From Candidatus Marinacidobacterium sp. (lineage in GTDB: Bacteria > Acidobacteriota > Vicinamibacteria > Marinacidobacterales > Marinacidobacteraceae): a DNA stretch of 64,000 nt. Under the pieces are notes generated by a model. That model saw only the letters and a program-made list of their open reading frames with translations. It searched no databases and had not been told where the DNA came from. The position numbers and the translations under genes are program-made. Location of the stretch: positions 128,001 through 192,000 of the forward strand of contig OZ242011.1 in assembly GCA_965204755.1 (NCBI GenBank), given 5' to 3'. The number at the start of each line of letters is the position of its first letter. Positions within the stretch are counted from its first letter, which is position 1. Positions 1-9,599 of the stretch are shown one piece after another.

Positions 1-2
1 GG

Positions 3-347
3 AAGGATCCCGAGCGGGGCGGGCCCAGCGGGTACGCCGTGTTCGCCAACGCCGATCACGCAAGGACACGGCGGCGGTTCACGATCGCCCACGAGATCGG
101 ACACTTCGTTCTCCATCGCGACCTGATCGGGGACGGGATCACCGACGACGCCCTCTACCGGAGCCGGCTGCGAGGGGGCCTCGAGGCGGCGGCGAACCGC
201 TTTGCGGCGGGCGTGCTCATGCCCTGGGACCTGATCCGGCAAGCCGTCGAGTCCGGAACGGACGGCATCGAAGCGCTCGCCGAGTTGTTCGCCGTGTCCC
301 GAAGCGCCATGGCGATTCGTTTCGGCGCCCCGTTCGAGACCGACTGA
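3..347 (+). CDS. ImmA/IrrE-family metallo-endopeptidase (5'-truncated by the window edge)
   Basis: RRRFTIAHEIGH (HExxH) followed by E-xx-ANRFAAGVLMP is the IrrE/ImmA signature. The frame is open back to position 3. Confidence 0.85.
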   Translation, partial: KDPERGGPSGYAVFANADHARTRRRFTIAHEIGHFVLHRDLIGDGITDDALYRSRLRGGLEAAANRFAAGVLMPWDLIRQAVESGTDGIEALAELFAVSRSAMAIRFGAPFETD

Positions 348-416
348 CGCGGGGCGCCGCCGCCGGCCCGCCGGTCGCGCCTCCCGCCGTTTTCCGTTAC
401 CGGAACGCAGGGAGAG

Positions 417-2276
417 TCAACTCCGCCGACCGGCGCCTCCCGCCGACCGGCCGGTTCGGAGGAAGCGGCCGAAAGCGCCGGCCACGAGCGCGATCTCGTC
501 GTCCACGACCTTTTGGCCGGCGCCGTCCAGCCGTTCGCGGCCGTCGGGTTCCCGCAGGAAGATCGCCTTCGCCCGTTTGTCGCGGCCGGAAGTGCGCGGC
601 CGAGCCATGAAGACTTCGTAGTCCCGGCGGGGCGGCCCGTCGGTCTCTCGATGTCGCTGGAGCAGGAGAAGACTCGGGTTGTTCACGCCGCCGCCGGCGG
701 CGAAGGTCGTCTTGGGCAAGTCCACCGAGGCGATCAACCGCGATCTCTCGAGGACCCACGACCGGAGATATCGAAGTCCGGGGTTGTTCAGGATGCCGTC
801 GGGAAGGACGATCACCAGGTAACCGCCCGGTTTCACGAATCGGAGCGCCGTCTCCACGAACAACCGCTCCGCCGGCATGGAGGATCGGGGCTTCGCCGCC
901 TCCCAACCGGGCAGTTCGTACTGGCTCAGGACATGGGTGTCGTCGATCGTGGCGCGCCCCCCGAAGGGCGGATTCGTCAGGAGGACATCGATCTCCCCGT
1001 AGGGAATCCGCTGGCGCGCCTGATCGCTCCACTCGCCGGGCCGGCGCGCGGAGTCCACCCGGAAGACATTGGGCGAGCCGTCACCGTGGAGCACCAGGTT
1101 CATCTGGCAGGCGCGCACCAGATTGGGGTTGATGTCCAGACCGAACAGGTTGGTGTCGCACACCCGCCGCACTCTTGCGCGCGCTCGCTCCTCGGGAGAA
1201 GTGTCTCTCGTGGGACGGGAAGTCTCCTGCCGGAGGAGCGCGCGGCGCAGGTTGCTCAGCCACGACACCAGGAAGCCGCCCGTTCCGCAGCAACAGTCGA
1301 GGACCTTCAGGGAAGTCAGGTCCGTTTCCCGGTGGAGCGCCATCGCCATTCGGACCGCGAGATCACAGACATTCCGGGGAGTGAAATACTCCCCGCGATC
1401 TCCGCGCAGATTGGCGCCGACGAGTTCCTCGTAGGCGTCGCCCTTGACATCGGTATCCGTGTAGATCACGGAGAGATGCTGGAGTTCCGAAACCACATAC
1501 GCGGCCACATGGGGCTCGAGATCGATGCGCTCGGTATTCGAGAAGATGAAGGGATACCGTCCCCGAACCCGTGAGAACAGCGGCTGCAGACGCTCTTCCA
1601 TGAGCCGGCGCCGGCCGCTGGTCTGGCTGCGCTCGCGCGGATCCACCGCGAATCGGAGCGGCCCGACGGATTCCTCTTCGTCGAAGGTCTTGCAGAAGAT
1701 CAACTTGAGGAGTTCGTGGAATGCCTCGGCCTTCTGGATCCCGGCGTTGGCGTAGATGTAGTTGTGGCAACGCCGGAACACCGACTTCAGTTCCCGCGCC
1801 GGGGCGAGCGTGGCGTGAGTGGGAAGAGTCGGCCGGTCGGCGCCGAACCGCGGAATGTCCGCAACCTCCTCGAACCTGCCGGAAGCCAACTCGAAGGCGC
1901 GGCGCTCCTGTCCCACCCAGAGCCCGAAACGGCAACTGGAACAGGCGGCCATGTAACTCTTGAGTTGCTCCTCGCCGGCCTGGCCGTCGGACGGCTTGCG
2001 GTCGTCCCGCTTCGCCTCGACGATGACCAGGATGTTCTCCTGCGTCCGGGGCGCGCCGGAGCGGTACACGGCGAGGTCGGCGCGCTTGAGCGCCCGGCCC
2101 AGTCGAATGGGAACCTCGATGCCGAGATCGGCCTTACGGAAACCGTAGTCCTCTACGAGACTCCGGCCCCATCGCTGGCGAACATGCTCCTCCGGCGTGT
2201 CCTGTCGGAGCCCACCGGTGAGGTAACAGCGGATGTAACCAGGAGGGATCGGCGCGTTCGCCGGAGAATCGGTCAT
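417..2276 (-). CDS. HsdR N-terminal (PD-(D/E)xK) nuclease domain fused to an N6-adenine DNA methyltransferase (type I-like/IIB RM subunit)
   Basis: N-terminus has TPEEHVRQ...RADLAVY...IVEAKR. MTase part has GEYFTPRNV, motif I LDCCCGTGGF and motif IV TNPPFG. Confidence 0.9.
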   Translation of the reverse strand: MTDSPANAPIPPGYIRCYLTGGLRQDTPEEHVRQRWGRSLVEDYGFRKADLGIEVPIRLGRALKRADLAVYRSGAPRTQENILVIVEAKRDDRKPSDGQAGEEQLKSYMAACSSCRFGLWVGQERRAFELASGRFEEVADIPRFGADRPTLPTHATLAPARELKSVFRRCHNYIYANAGIQKAEAFHELLKLIFCKTFDEEESVGPLRFAVDPRERSQTSGRRRLMEERLQPLFSRVRGRYPFIFSNTERIDLEPHVAAYVVSELQHLSVIYTDTDVKGDAYEELVGANLRGDRGEYFTPRNVCDLAVRMAMALHRETDLTSLKVLDCCCGTGGFLVSWLSNLRRALLRQETSRPTRDTSPEERARARVRRVCDTNLFGLDINPNLVRACQMNLVLHGDGSPNVFRVDSARRPGEWSDQARQRIPYGEIDVLLTNPPFGGRATIDDTHVLSQYELPGWEAAKPRSSMPAERLFVETALRFVKPGGYLVIVLPDGILNNPGLRYLRSWVLERSRLIASVDLPKTTFAAGGGVNNPSLLLLQRHRETDGPPRRDYEVFMARPRTSGRDKRAKAIFLREPDGRERLDGAGQKVVDDEIALVAGAFGRFLRTGRSAGGAGRRS

Positions 2277-2578
2277 GGCCCGGTCCCCGAGGAGGCGCCG
2301 GACGGCTCGCGGGTCGCCGGGAACAGGGTCGGGCCGCTGCCGGCCGAGGCGGTGTCCATGCTCGGAAGTCCGATGCCGGAACCCTACGCCGCGAGAGTGT
2401 CAGTTCCTGTCACCCGCTCCCGCCCCGGCGCGAAGCGCGGGGTTCTGCCCCGGCGCGTTCCCGGCCCGGACCTGGAGCGGGCGCGCCGGAGACCCCCTGC
2501 GGACCGGGACCGGCGGCCGTTCGCGCCCCGGAAGGGGAGGTTCCCGCGCCCTTCGTCGCGCGGTCGGGAGCCGCCCGG

Positions 2579-5500
2579 TTACCGGGACGGGGGGAGGGGC
2601 GCTTCTACCGACCAGAGGCGTTCCCCGCCGGGGAGGAACTGGCCGGCCCGGAGGCGCCCCCCGCCGGACCCCGGCAGCGGCGCGCTCGCGAGGCAGCGAC
2701 CTTCGTGGAGGAGGCCGGAGTCGGCGAAGGCGAAATCGAGGTTGAGGAAACCGTGTTCCCGGCGCTCGACCGGCAGGGTTGCTTCCTCTTCCGGGTAGAG
2801 GTGCAGGAAGAACTTCGCCTCCACATCGCCGGCCGAGCAGGAGGCCCGGTAGAACAGCGCCTCGGAGCCCTCGAAGTAGAGGTCGAAAGCGGAGCGGGCG
2901 GCCGGGGAGCCGAAGCCGCCGGAGGCGATGGATTCGAGACGCGCCTCGAGGAGGCGTCTTGCGGGCCACAGGTCGGTCCGCCAGGTCGGCGGCCTCCCGG
3001 CGGCGAACTGACCCGTTGCGATCCGATGGATCCCGACCGCCGGCAACGGGACCATGGCCAGGCACTTTCCGTCCAGGAGCACGCCGTACTCGGGGAAATC
3101 GAAATCCCGGTTCTCCAGGGCCGGCTCGCGCGAAGCGGCCGCGCCCGCCTCGACCGGAGGCCCGTGGAGATGGAGGAAGAAACGCTCCTCCACATCGCGG
3201 GCCGCGCACGGTTCGCGGACATAGCGGAGTTCGTCGCCGGCGAGATGGAGATCGAAGGCCTCCCGCGCCGCCGGCTCGCCCCATTCCCCGCGCTCCAGGG
3301 AGCGGAGGGCAGCCCGGTGGCGCGATCGGTCGAGCACCGCCGCGGCCCGCCACGAAGTCGTTTCGCTCCACTGGCCGGTCTCGAACCGGGAGTAACCCTC
3401 CGTGGGCACCGGGACGATCGCCAGGCACCTTCCGTCTTCGACGATGCCGTGGTCGTCGAAGTCGAAATGGCGGAGGTCGAACTCGTCCTCGCCGACCGGG
3501 CCGGAACCGCCGCCCGGGGCCGGGTGGAGACGGAGGAAGAACTGCGCTTCGAGATCTTCCGGCCCGCACGGCGCCCGGTAGTAGCGGAGACTTCCCTCCT
3601 CCGGATCCGGATCGAGATACAGGTCGAAGCCGGAACGGACCGCCGGCGGCCCGGCGCGGCCGGAAGTGATCGCGTCCAGGGCCGCCCGGTAGGAAGCGAG
3701 GTCGAGACGCCACCGCGCCTCCCACAGCGGCGCCTCTCCGGGGAACCGTTGGCCGGTGGACACGAGGCCGAAGTCCCCCGGCGGTACGGGAACCCTCGCC
3801 GCGCACTCCCCGTCCACCAGCGCGCCGTACTCGGGGAAATCGAAGTCCCGGGCGACGGTGCGCCGTCCGGCGGCGTCCGCTGCCTGGAAGCGGAGGAAGA
3901 ACCTCGCCTCGAGGTCCGCCGCCGAGCATTCGGTTCGCCGGTAGAACACGGCGCTTCCCCGATGGCGCAGATCGAACCGGGAGCGAACCGCGGGCGCCCC
4001 GGCGCCGTCGTCGAACACGGATTCGTACTCCGCGAGACGGCTTCGGTTCTCCGCGGCGACGACCTCGCCCAAGTTCGGAATCAGGAAGAGGTCTTCCTTC
4101 CCCCCGGAGACGACGCGTTCCGGTCGCAGGCCCGGGGCCGCGCGGCGAAACGCATCCACCAACACTTTCCGGTCACCCGTGTGGGAATGGATCACCCAGG
4201 CCCGGTCGGGGGGCCGTATCCGGGATCGGGCGACCTGCCACGCTTCCCGCGCGCAGTCGAAGAACCCGCGGTAACAGCCGTTCCTCCCGAAGACCAGCCC
4301 CTTCGGCGGGTCGTCCGCGTAGAACCGGACCGGCGGCGCCGCGGCGCCGGAGGCATAGACCAGGTCACCGTCCCTCGCCCGTCCGGCCAGTTCGGCCAGG
4401 ATCTCCTCCATGTTGCCGCCGGCGCCGAACGGCCTCGTTCGCGCGACTTCCGCCGCTCCGGCCCAGACGCCCCCGGCGAGCGCCGCCGTCGCCAGACCGC
4501 GGGCCGCCGGTCTCCGGCCGACCCGGGCGGCCGCGGCGTCGGCGAACCGGCCCCAGACCCACGCCGCGACGGTGAAGACCACCGGTCCCAGGTAGGTGTT
4601 CTGGCGGAGGCTGCCCAGCGGATACGCCCCCGCCAGCGCCGCCGCCGCCGCGATGAGCAGCGAGACCGCCAGCACCGTCGGCAAGACCCGGCCCGCGAGA
4701 TCGAGAGGTCGGTCCGCCGCCTCCGCCGGCGCCGCAGGGCGCGAGGCGAACCTTCGCGCGAGACCGGAGGCGACCAGCAGCGCGGCGGCCAACGCGGTGG
4801 CCGAAGCGAAAGGCCCCGTCAGGTGGTGGGCCAGCGTCTCCCAAACCTTCGATCCGGCGAACTCCATCGCCGCCGGGACATCCCACCGATCGCCGCGGTA
4901 ATAGCCCCGCAACAGATGTCCCATCGTGATGGACCCGTCCTCCAGTTGCCCGCGAAGAGTGGCGAACCAACTCCCGGCGCAGGCCGCGGCGTACGCCGCC
5001 GCAGCCGGAACGACCGATCGGAATCGCGCGCGAAGCGCGCCGCGAAAGCCTCCGCCTCGGGCTGAGGGACCGGTCGGCGACCGACTGCCGGATCCGCCCC
5101 CGAACAGGAACGCCGCGGCGAGGACCGCCCCGCCGAACAGGACGAGGCCGTACTGGACGAACGGGCCCAGGAACAGGGCCAGCGGCAGCAGCACCTTCCC
5201 CCCGCCCCCGAGATGCCGCAGCAGCCCCACCAGCAGCAGCGCGGCGACCAGCGCGTCCAGCGAGTACTCGCGGACGCCGTGCGCCTCCGCGACGGCGGCG
5301 GCGGAAACCGCGGCCAGCGCCCCCGCGAACAGCGCCGTCCGCCGCCCCGCCCCGGCGCCCGGCAGGAGGAAGAGCAGCACCGCCACCGTCGCCGCGCTCC
5401 CGAGCGCCGGCAGGAGCCGGACGCTGAAGTTGGAGATCTCGACCTTCTGCACCACCCAGAGCGCGAGCGGATACAGGATCGGCGAAGTGTTGAAGGCCCG

Positions 5501-5731
5501 GGTCCGATCGACGGTCTCCGCGAACGACCCTTGGGCGTTCAGCGCCGCGACCGCTTCGTCGTACCAGAGCGAATCCCCGGACAGGTCGTAGAAGCGGAGC
5601 GCCGCCGCGCCGAACAGGACGACGAGCGCCGCGGTCCGGTAGAAGCGGTGGCGCGGCCCGTTCCCGGCCCCGGGGCGGCCGCCGCCCCCGGGACCGCCGC
5701 CGCTCACGCGGCGAAAGCGGGACCGAGACAC
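2579..5731 (-). CDS. GT-C-fold (ArnT/PMT-like) membrane glycosyltransferase 'A' with 4 C-terminal two-Cys modules
   Basis: SLWYDEA acidic loop after TM1, then PILYPL, SVRL and REYSL, with many TM helices. Four FDL..Y.R..C...D....FFL...DF.F...G.....C......P......TGQ......W repeats follow. Confidence 0.8.
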   Translation of the reverse strand: MSRSRFRRVSGGGPGGGGRPGAGNGPRHRFYRTAALVVLFGAAALRFYDLSGDSLWYDEAVAALNAQGSFAETVDRTRAFNTSPILYPLALWVVQKVEISNFSVRLLPALGSAATVAVLLFLLPGAGAGRRTALFAGALAAVSAAAVAEAHGVREYSLDALVAALLLVGLLRHLGGGGKVLLPLALFLGPFVQYGLVLFGGAVLAAAFLFGGGSGSRSPTGPSARGGGFRGALRARFRSVVPAAAAYAAACAGSWFATLRGQLEDGSITMGHLLRGYYRGDRWDVPAAMEFAGSKVWETLAHHLTGPFASATALAAALLVASGLARRFASRPAAPAEAADRPLDLAGRVLPTVLAVSLLIAAAAALAGAYPLGSLRQNTYLGPVVFTVAAWVWGRFADAAAARVGRRPAARGLATAALAGGVWAGAAEVARTRPFGAGGNMEEILAELAGRARDGDLVYASGAAAPPVRFYADDPPKGLVFGRNGCYRGFFDCAREAWQVARSRIRPPDRAWVIHSHTGDRKVLVDAFRRAAPGLRPERVVSGGKEDLFLIPNLGEVVAAENRSRLAEYESVFDDGAGAPAVRSRFDLRHRGSAVFYRRTECSAADLEARFFLRFQAADAAGRRTVARDFDFPEYGALVDGECAARVPVPPGDFGLVSTGQRFPGEAPLWEARWRLDLASYRAALDAITSGRAGPPAVRSGFDLYLDPDPEEGSLRYYRAPCGPEDLEAQFFLRLHPAPGGGSGPVGEDEFDLRHFDFDDHGIVEDGRCLAIVPVPTEGYSRFETGQWSETTSWRAAAVLDRSRHRAALRSLERGEWGEPAAREAFDLHLAGDELRYVREPCAARDVEERFFLHLHGPPVEAGAAASREPALENRDFDFPEYGVLLDGKCLAMVPLPAVGIHRIATGQFAAGRPPTWRTDLWPARRLLEARLESIASGGFGSPAARSAFDLYFEGSEALFYRASCSAGDVEAKFFLHLYPEEEATLPVERREHGFLNLDFAFADSGLLHEGRCLASAPLPGSGGGRLRAGQFLPGGERLWSVEAPLPPSR
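5100..5608. repeat. Near-identical direct repeat, copy 1 (copy 2 at about 36451-36959)
   Basis: Manual alignment shows only scattered mismatches over about 500 bp, including an identical block of more than 200 bp. Confidence 0.9.
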
Positions 5732-6081
5732 TCCGGCAGGCTTCGTTCTACGGCGCCGACGCAGCGTGAGCCGTTCGGGAAACCGCTCCGGTCAACGGGC
5801 GGAAGCGACGAAGTATCCGGGCGCGGAACCGGCGGATCGGGTTGCGCGACCCGGATCGGCTCGAACACGCCGAGCGCGGCCGCCGCGAGGAGCAGCGGGT
5901 AGAGGGGAGGCTGTTCCGCGTAAGCGCTCAAGTCGTCGTTCCGGAACCCTTGGCCCTCCGGCAGGTGCTCCGCCACCGCGAAGTATTCGATGGAATCGAG
6001 CGCGCCGCCGAGAGCGGCCAACCCGAGCAGGGCCAGCCCGAATCGGCCCCGGCGCCGGCGGTCGCGAGCGCGTCCCCTCAC
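5704..6081 (-). pseudogene. Truncated remnant of a GT-C gene (paralog of 6078..9569)
   Basis: GTG start overlaps the upstream TGA (GTGA). Translation RFGLALLGLAALGGAL/DSIEYFAVAEHL...PPLYPLLLAAAALGVFEPIRVA matches the N-terminus of 6078..9569 with a 14-aa deletion. Similarity ends at about 5845. Confidence 0.75.
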
Positions 6082-9000
6082 GGCGGGGCCGCGCGGGATT
6101 CCCGGCCCGGCAGGAATTCCGCCGACCAGATAGCCCCCTGGTTGCTTCGGTATTGGCCGGTCCGGACGCGGAAGATTCGGTAGTCGGGCAGTCGGACCGA
6201 TGCGAGGCATTTCCCGTCGAAGAGGCTTCCGGCGTCGGCGAACCAGAAGTCGAGGTTCTCGAACCCGTAGCGGACGCGCGAATCGGGGAGATCGACGGGG
6301 TCGCGGGCATACACATGCAAGAAGAATCTCTCGGTCGTGTCTTCGGGGGCGCAGGACTCCCGGAGGTAGAAGAGCGTCGTCCCGTCGAGGTGGAGGTCGA
6401 ACTCCGAGTCCGCGACCGCGCCGGGGGCGGCGGCGGAAGTCAGGTAGTCCCAGGCGGCCCGGCGAGGATCCGGCGCGTAGGCCGGATTCACGCGGAAGAC
6501 CGCCCCGTCGCTCAGCCACGCCTCGGGCTCGAGGCCGGCGGCTTCCACGAGGGCTTCGACGATCCCGGAACCCGGGGCGCGGTCCGAAGCCGGCGACCCG
6601 TCCCGGAACCAGACGACGAGCGAACCCGGCTCGGCGCCCGCGATCCAGTCGTTCCACTGCCGCTCCCCGGGGCCGGGGGCGCCGGACGCGCCGGCTTCCT
6701 CCCCGCCGCCTCGCGCGACGGGGTTCGGCGGCGTCGTCGCCGGCGAGCAACCCTCGCCCGCCGCCGCGAGGGCGCGGAGCCGGCGCATCGTCTCCGCGTC
6801 GGCCCCCGGCGAGGCGGCGTCTTTCCCGGCGAACGGGACCTCCGCCTCCCACGACGGCGGCCCGCCGCCCGCGAATTGCCCGGTCCGAATCCGCTCGAGG
6901 GGAATTTCCGGCAGCGCGACGACGGCCACGCACCGCCCTTCCAGGCGGGCCCCGCACGACCGGAACGGGAAGTCGAAGTTCTCGAATCCGTACGGCTGGC
7001 GGGACGGGGTCAGCAGGGCCGGGTCCGCGGGATAGGCATGCAGGAAGAAGCGGGGCTCGGCGTCTTCCGGATCACAGGGCTCCCGGAAGTAGAGGAGCGT
7101 GGTTCCGCCGAGGAAGAGGTCGAACTCCCCGCGCGCCACCGCCTCTCCGGCGGTTCCCGAAGTCACGAATTCGATGGCCGGGCGATAGGGGTTCGAGGCG
7201 CCGGCCGCATCCACCCGGAAGACGGCGCCGCCGGCGAATCGGGCCACCGGCTCGACGCCGACGGAGGAGACCGCCCCCGGCGCCTCGTTGTCGGCGCCGG
7301 CCGCCGAACCGGAGCCGAGCCGCAGCAGCAGGGCCCCGTCCCCCAGCGACCGGGCCCGATAGTCCCGCCAACGCTCCCCGGCCCGGGACTCCGGAAAGTC
7401 CGCAGCGTTCCAGGGGGAACCGTCGCTGCCCCGGAAGTGGCGAAAAGTCTCCGAGTTGGCGAGGCGCCGCTTTCGGCGTTCCGTGTCGAGGGTGAAGCCC
7501 GCGCTCCAGAGTTCCCCCCTCCCGCTCTCGTACTGCCCGGTTCGGATGCCGGAAGTCCCGGTCTCCGGCAATTCCACGAGGGCCACGCACTTCCCGTCGA
7601 AGCGCTCCCCGTACTCGGTGAACGCGAAGTCCAGGTTCTCGAATGCGTTCCGTTCGCGGGTCGCAGACCGCAGCGACGGGCCGCCGCGGTACGCGTGCAG
7701 GAAGAAACCGGCCTCGGTGTCCGCCGGTGAGCAGGGCTCGCGGAAGTAGAGGAGCTTCGTCCCGTAGAGGAAGAGGTCGAAGTCGCCGCTCGCCGCCGGG
7801 AAACCGGCGGCGCCGGAAGCGATGGATTCGGCCGCCGCGTAGTACGGGTTCGGCGGGAGGTAATCCGGGTTCACGCGGAAAACGGCCCCGTCCGCGAATT
7901 CGGCGACGGCCTCCAAACCGGCGGTCGCGCGCAGATCCCCGAGCGCGTAGCCGAAATCCACATTCGTAGGGGTATGGCGGAACCAGACGACATAGGCGCC
8001 CGGCGGCGTCTTCTCGAGCCAGTCCGCCCACCGTTCCGAGAGCGGCAGGTACCGGAAGAACGAGCGCTGTCCGTAGCGGAGTTGGAGCAGGATGGGGAAG
8101 TTCGAGAACACTTCGTCGGGGATGTTCGTGTCGTCGATATGCCGGAATATCGGCGAGTCGCGCCACGGAGGCGCGGTGTAGCCGCGCCATGATGCGGGGG
8201 AAGCGCTGTTCGCCTCGCGAATCGCGCCGAGCGTCGGCGCGACCTGGGTCAGGAGGACGAAGAAGAGCCCCGCCGTCAGCGCCGCGCGGCCGAACCGCGG
8301 CCCGGTCCCGTTGCCCGACTCGCCGCCCGGCGACCGTCGCCGCCGACGCGCCGCCCCGTCGCCGGCGCCGCCGGGCTGGCGTTCGGCCGAGTCCCGGAAC
8401 GCCCGGTCGGCAGCGAAGACGACCAGAAGGATGCAGGGCGCGAAAAGGGGGGCCAGGAACCGGCTCTCGACTCCGTGACCGGTCACGGTGAAGAACGCGG
8501 CAGCCACGGTCAGGAACAGGAAGATCGCCCCGAAGCCGACGAAGATCGCCGGCGAACGGAGACGGGAGGGAAGCCGCCGGGGATCCCGACCGCCGTCGGG
8601 CGAGCCTCCGCCCGGCTTGAACGCGGCGTCGGCGAACACGGCGAGCGCCAGGAGCGCGGCGACCAGCGCGGCGCCGCCGGGGACATCGAACGCGAACCAC
8701 CCGGCCAGCGCTTCGCCCACCTCGCCGAACCGCGTGGCCAGGGAGGTTCCCCGGAACTCCCGGTCGCCGGCGAACGCGCCGATGGCGAAGTGGTTGCGAG
8801 CCATCCAAAGCGCCATCGGGAGCGCGGCGGCCACCGCGACGAAACCGCTCCGGCGGAGGCGCTCGCGCCACCCGCCGTCCGACCCGAACCAGAGCGCCGC
8901 GGCGACGACCGCGGGAACGGCGACGCCGATGTACCGGGTCTGCCACGCCAGGGCGCCGAACACCGCCGCCCCGACCAGCGCGGCTCGCCGGCCCTCGGTG

Positions 9001-9569
9001 AGGAAATCGTCGGCGCGGACGAGCGCGAGCGTCGCGAACAGGACGAACGCGGTCTCGGAGAGCGCCCACGACCCGAGGTCCCCCAGCGGAAGCGAGAGCG
9101 CGACCGCGCCCGCTCCCCACAAGGCGAGCCATCCGGAGCGGACCCGCCGGCGAAGGTAGCGCCCGACCACCAGGATGGTCGCGGCGAACAGGCCCGCATT
9201 CAGCAGGCCGGCGACGCGGATCGGTTCGAACACGCCGAGCGAGGCCGCGGCGAGGAGCAGCGGGTAGAGGGGAGGATGGTGCGCGTAGACGCCCCAGTCG
9301 GAGTTCCGGAACCCGCGGCCCTCGAGCAGGTGCTCCGCCACCGCGAGGTAGTTGATGGAATCGACCGACACCGACACGCCGTAAGCGGCCTGTCGGGCGA
9401 GGACCAGCGCGCCGCCGAGCGCGGCCAGCCCGATCAGGGCCAGCCGGAATCGGTCCCGGCGCCAACGGTCCCGGACGGATCGACCGCCGCTCCCGGAGGC
9501 GCCCGGAGGGGTTTGCGGAGAGGCCGGAAGCGGCGCCGGAGCCTGGTCCTGAACCTGAGCGGGCGGCAT
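6078..9569 (-). CDS. GT-C-fold membrane glycosyltransferase 'B' with 3 two-Cys modules
   Basis: DSINY, HPPLYPLLLA, LSETAF, TRYIG and RFLAPL motifs of the ArnT/PMT-like family. Modules at about 7490-7800, 6830-7145 and 6110-6425. Confidence 0.8.
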   Translation of the reverse strand: MPPAQVQDQAPAPLPASPQTPPGASGSGGRSVRDRWRRDRFRLALIGLAALGGALVLARQAAYGVSVSVDSINYLAVAEHLLEGRGFRNSDWGVYAHHPPLYPLLLAAASLGVFEPIRVAGLLNAGLFAATILVVGRYLRRRVRSGWLALWGAGAVALSLPLGDLGSWALSETAFVLFATLALVRADDFLTEGRRAALVGAAVFGALAWQTRYIGVAVPAVVAAALWFGSDGGWRERLRRSGFVAVAAALPMALWMARNHFAIGAFAGDREFRGTSLATRFGEVGEALAGWFAFDVPGGAALVAALLALAVFADAAFKPGGGSPDGGRDPRRLPSRLRSPAIFVGFGAIFLFLTVAAAFFTVTGHGVESRFLAPLFAPCILLVVFAADRAFRDSAERQPGGAGDGAARRRRRSPGGESGNGTGPRFGRAALTAGLFFVLLTQVAPTLGAIREANSASPASWRGYTAPPWRDSPIFRHIDDTNIPDEVFSNFPILLQLRYGQRSFFRYLPLSERWADWLEKTPPGAYVVWFRHTPTNVDFGYALGDLRATAGLEAVAEFADGAVFRVNPDYLPPNPYYAAAESIASGAAGFPAASGDFDLFLYGTKLLYFREPCSPADTEAGFFLHAYRGGPSLRSATRERNAFENLDFAFTEYGERFDGKCVALVELPETGTSGIRTGQYESGRGELWSAGFTLDTERRKRRLANSETFRHFRGSDGSPWNAADFPESRAGERWRDYRARSLGDGALLLRLGSGSAAGADNEAPGAVSSVGVEPVARFAGGAVFRVDAAGASNPYRPAIEFVTSGTAGEAVARGEFDLFLGGTTLLYFREPCDPEDAEPRFFLHAYPADPALLTPSRQPYGFENFDFPFRSCGARLEGRCVAVVALPEIPLERIRTGQFAGGGPPSWEAEVPFAGKDAASPGADAETMRRLRALAAAGEGCSPATTPPNPVARGGGEEAGASGAPGPGERQWNDWIAGAEPGSLVVWFRDGSPASDRAPGSGIVEALVEAAGLEPEAWLSDGAVFRVNPAYAPDPRRAAWDYLTSAAAPGAVADSEFDLHLDGTTLFYLRESCAPEDTTERFFLHVYARDPVDLPDSRVRYGFENLDFWFADAGSLFDGKCLASVRLPDYRIFRVRTGQYRSNQGAIWSAEFLPGRESRAAPP

Positions 9570-9599
9570 GTTCGTTGATCCCGAGGGGCCCGACGCGCC

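Noticed and set aside
417-2276. This RM protein as the cause of ACGT/AGCT avoidance
   Set aside because: HsdR_N-MTase enzymes of this kind typically recognise longer bipartite or asymmetric sites through an S subunit, and nothing in the sequence links it to these tetramers.
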